NCBI GenBank assembly: GCA_963697895.1
Contig: OY969100.1
Span: forward strand, 960,001-1,024,000
Direction of reading: 5' to 3'
DNA: 64,000 nt
Source: an uncultured Methanomicrobiales archaeon
Lineage (GTDB): Archaea > Halobacteriota > Methanomicrobia > Methanomicrobiales > Methanospirillaceae
Shown here: piece by piece, positions 63,814-64,000 of the stretch
How the letters are laid out: the number at the start of each line of letters is the position of its first letter
Numbering within the stretch: the stretch's first letter is position 1
Notes under the pieces: generated by a model
What the model was told of the DNA's origin: nothing
Seen by the model: the letters and a program-made list of their open reading frames with translations, nothing else
The model's database searches: none
Position numbers and translations under genes: made by a program

Positions 63814-64000
63814 ATGACTACTCTCTTAGATTACGCCCGGCAGGGAATCGTTCCACCCGAGATGGATTCTGTCGCCCGGATGGAACATGTAGATCCGGAC
63901 ATCCTCCGTGAACGGATGGTCGCAGGTACTGTTGTCATCATGCACAAGAGGGATGTCGCGGTCGGGATCGGCGAGGGGTTGCGGACGAAGATAAACGTCA
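63814..64000 (+). CDS. thiC: ThiC family radical SAM protein, N-terminus (truncated by window end; not in the ORF track)
   Basis: MTTLLDYARQGIVPPEMDSVARMEHVDPDILRERMVAGTVVI...GIGEGLRTKINV; a ThiC paralog (BzaA/B type) cannot be excluded. Confidence 0.85.
   Translation, partial: MTTLLDYARQGIVPPEMDSVARMEHVDPDILRERMVAGTVVIMHKRDVAVGIGEGLRTKINV

Overview
GC-rich DNA that looks like a methanogenic archaeon, probably Methanomicrobiales. This is inferred from PKD/PEGA surface proteins, a DacZ-type cyclase domain, NifI-like PII proteins, an NrpR-type operator, DUF169 genes and hgcC-hgcA-hgcB. The window runs from the 3' end of hisD to the 5' end of thiC and is mostly accessory genes. Main points: (1) an AT-rich island at 15.8-20.0 kb encoding a translationally coupled pair of P-loop NTPases (ATPase-wHTH and STAND-wHTH-TPR), with a doubled palindromic operator over its promoter; (2) a receptor-like diadenylate cyclase (signal peptide, 3 PKD-like repeats, TM helix, DAC domain); (3) an orphan nifI1/nifI2 pair behind a perfect GGAA-N6-TTCC box and a structured leader; (4) a mercury-methylation operon whose HgcA has a tandem Cys-rich N-terminal repeat and a non-canonical cap helix (NVWCAAGE); (5) repeated leftover copies of gene 3' ends flanking apparently inserted genes; (6) a redox/oxidative-stress cluster with katG. 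About ten genes carry a single +1 base, most likely long-read error. No rRNA, tRNA, CRISPR array or intact IS was recognised. All family calls come from motif recognition, not database searches.
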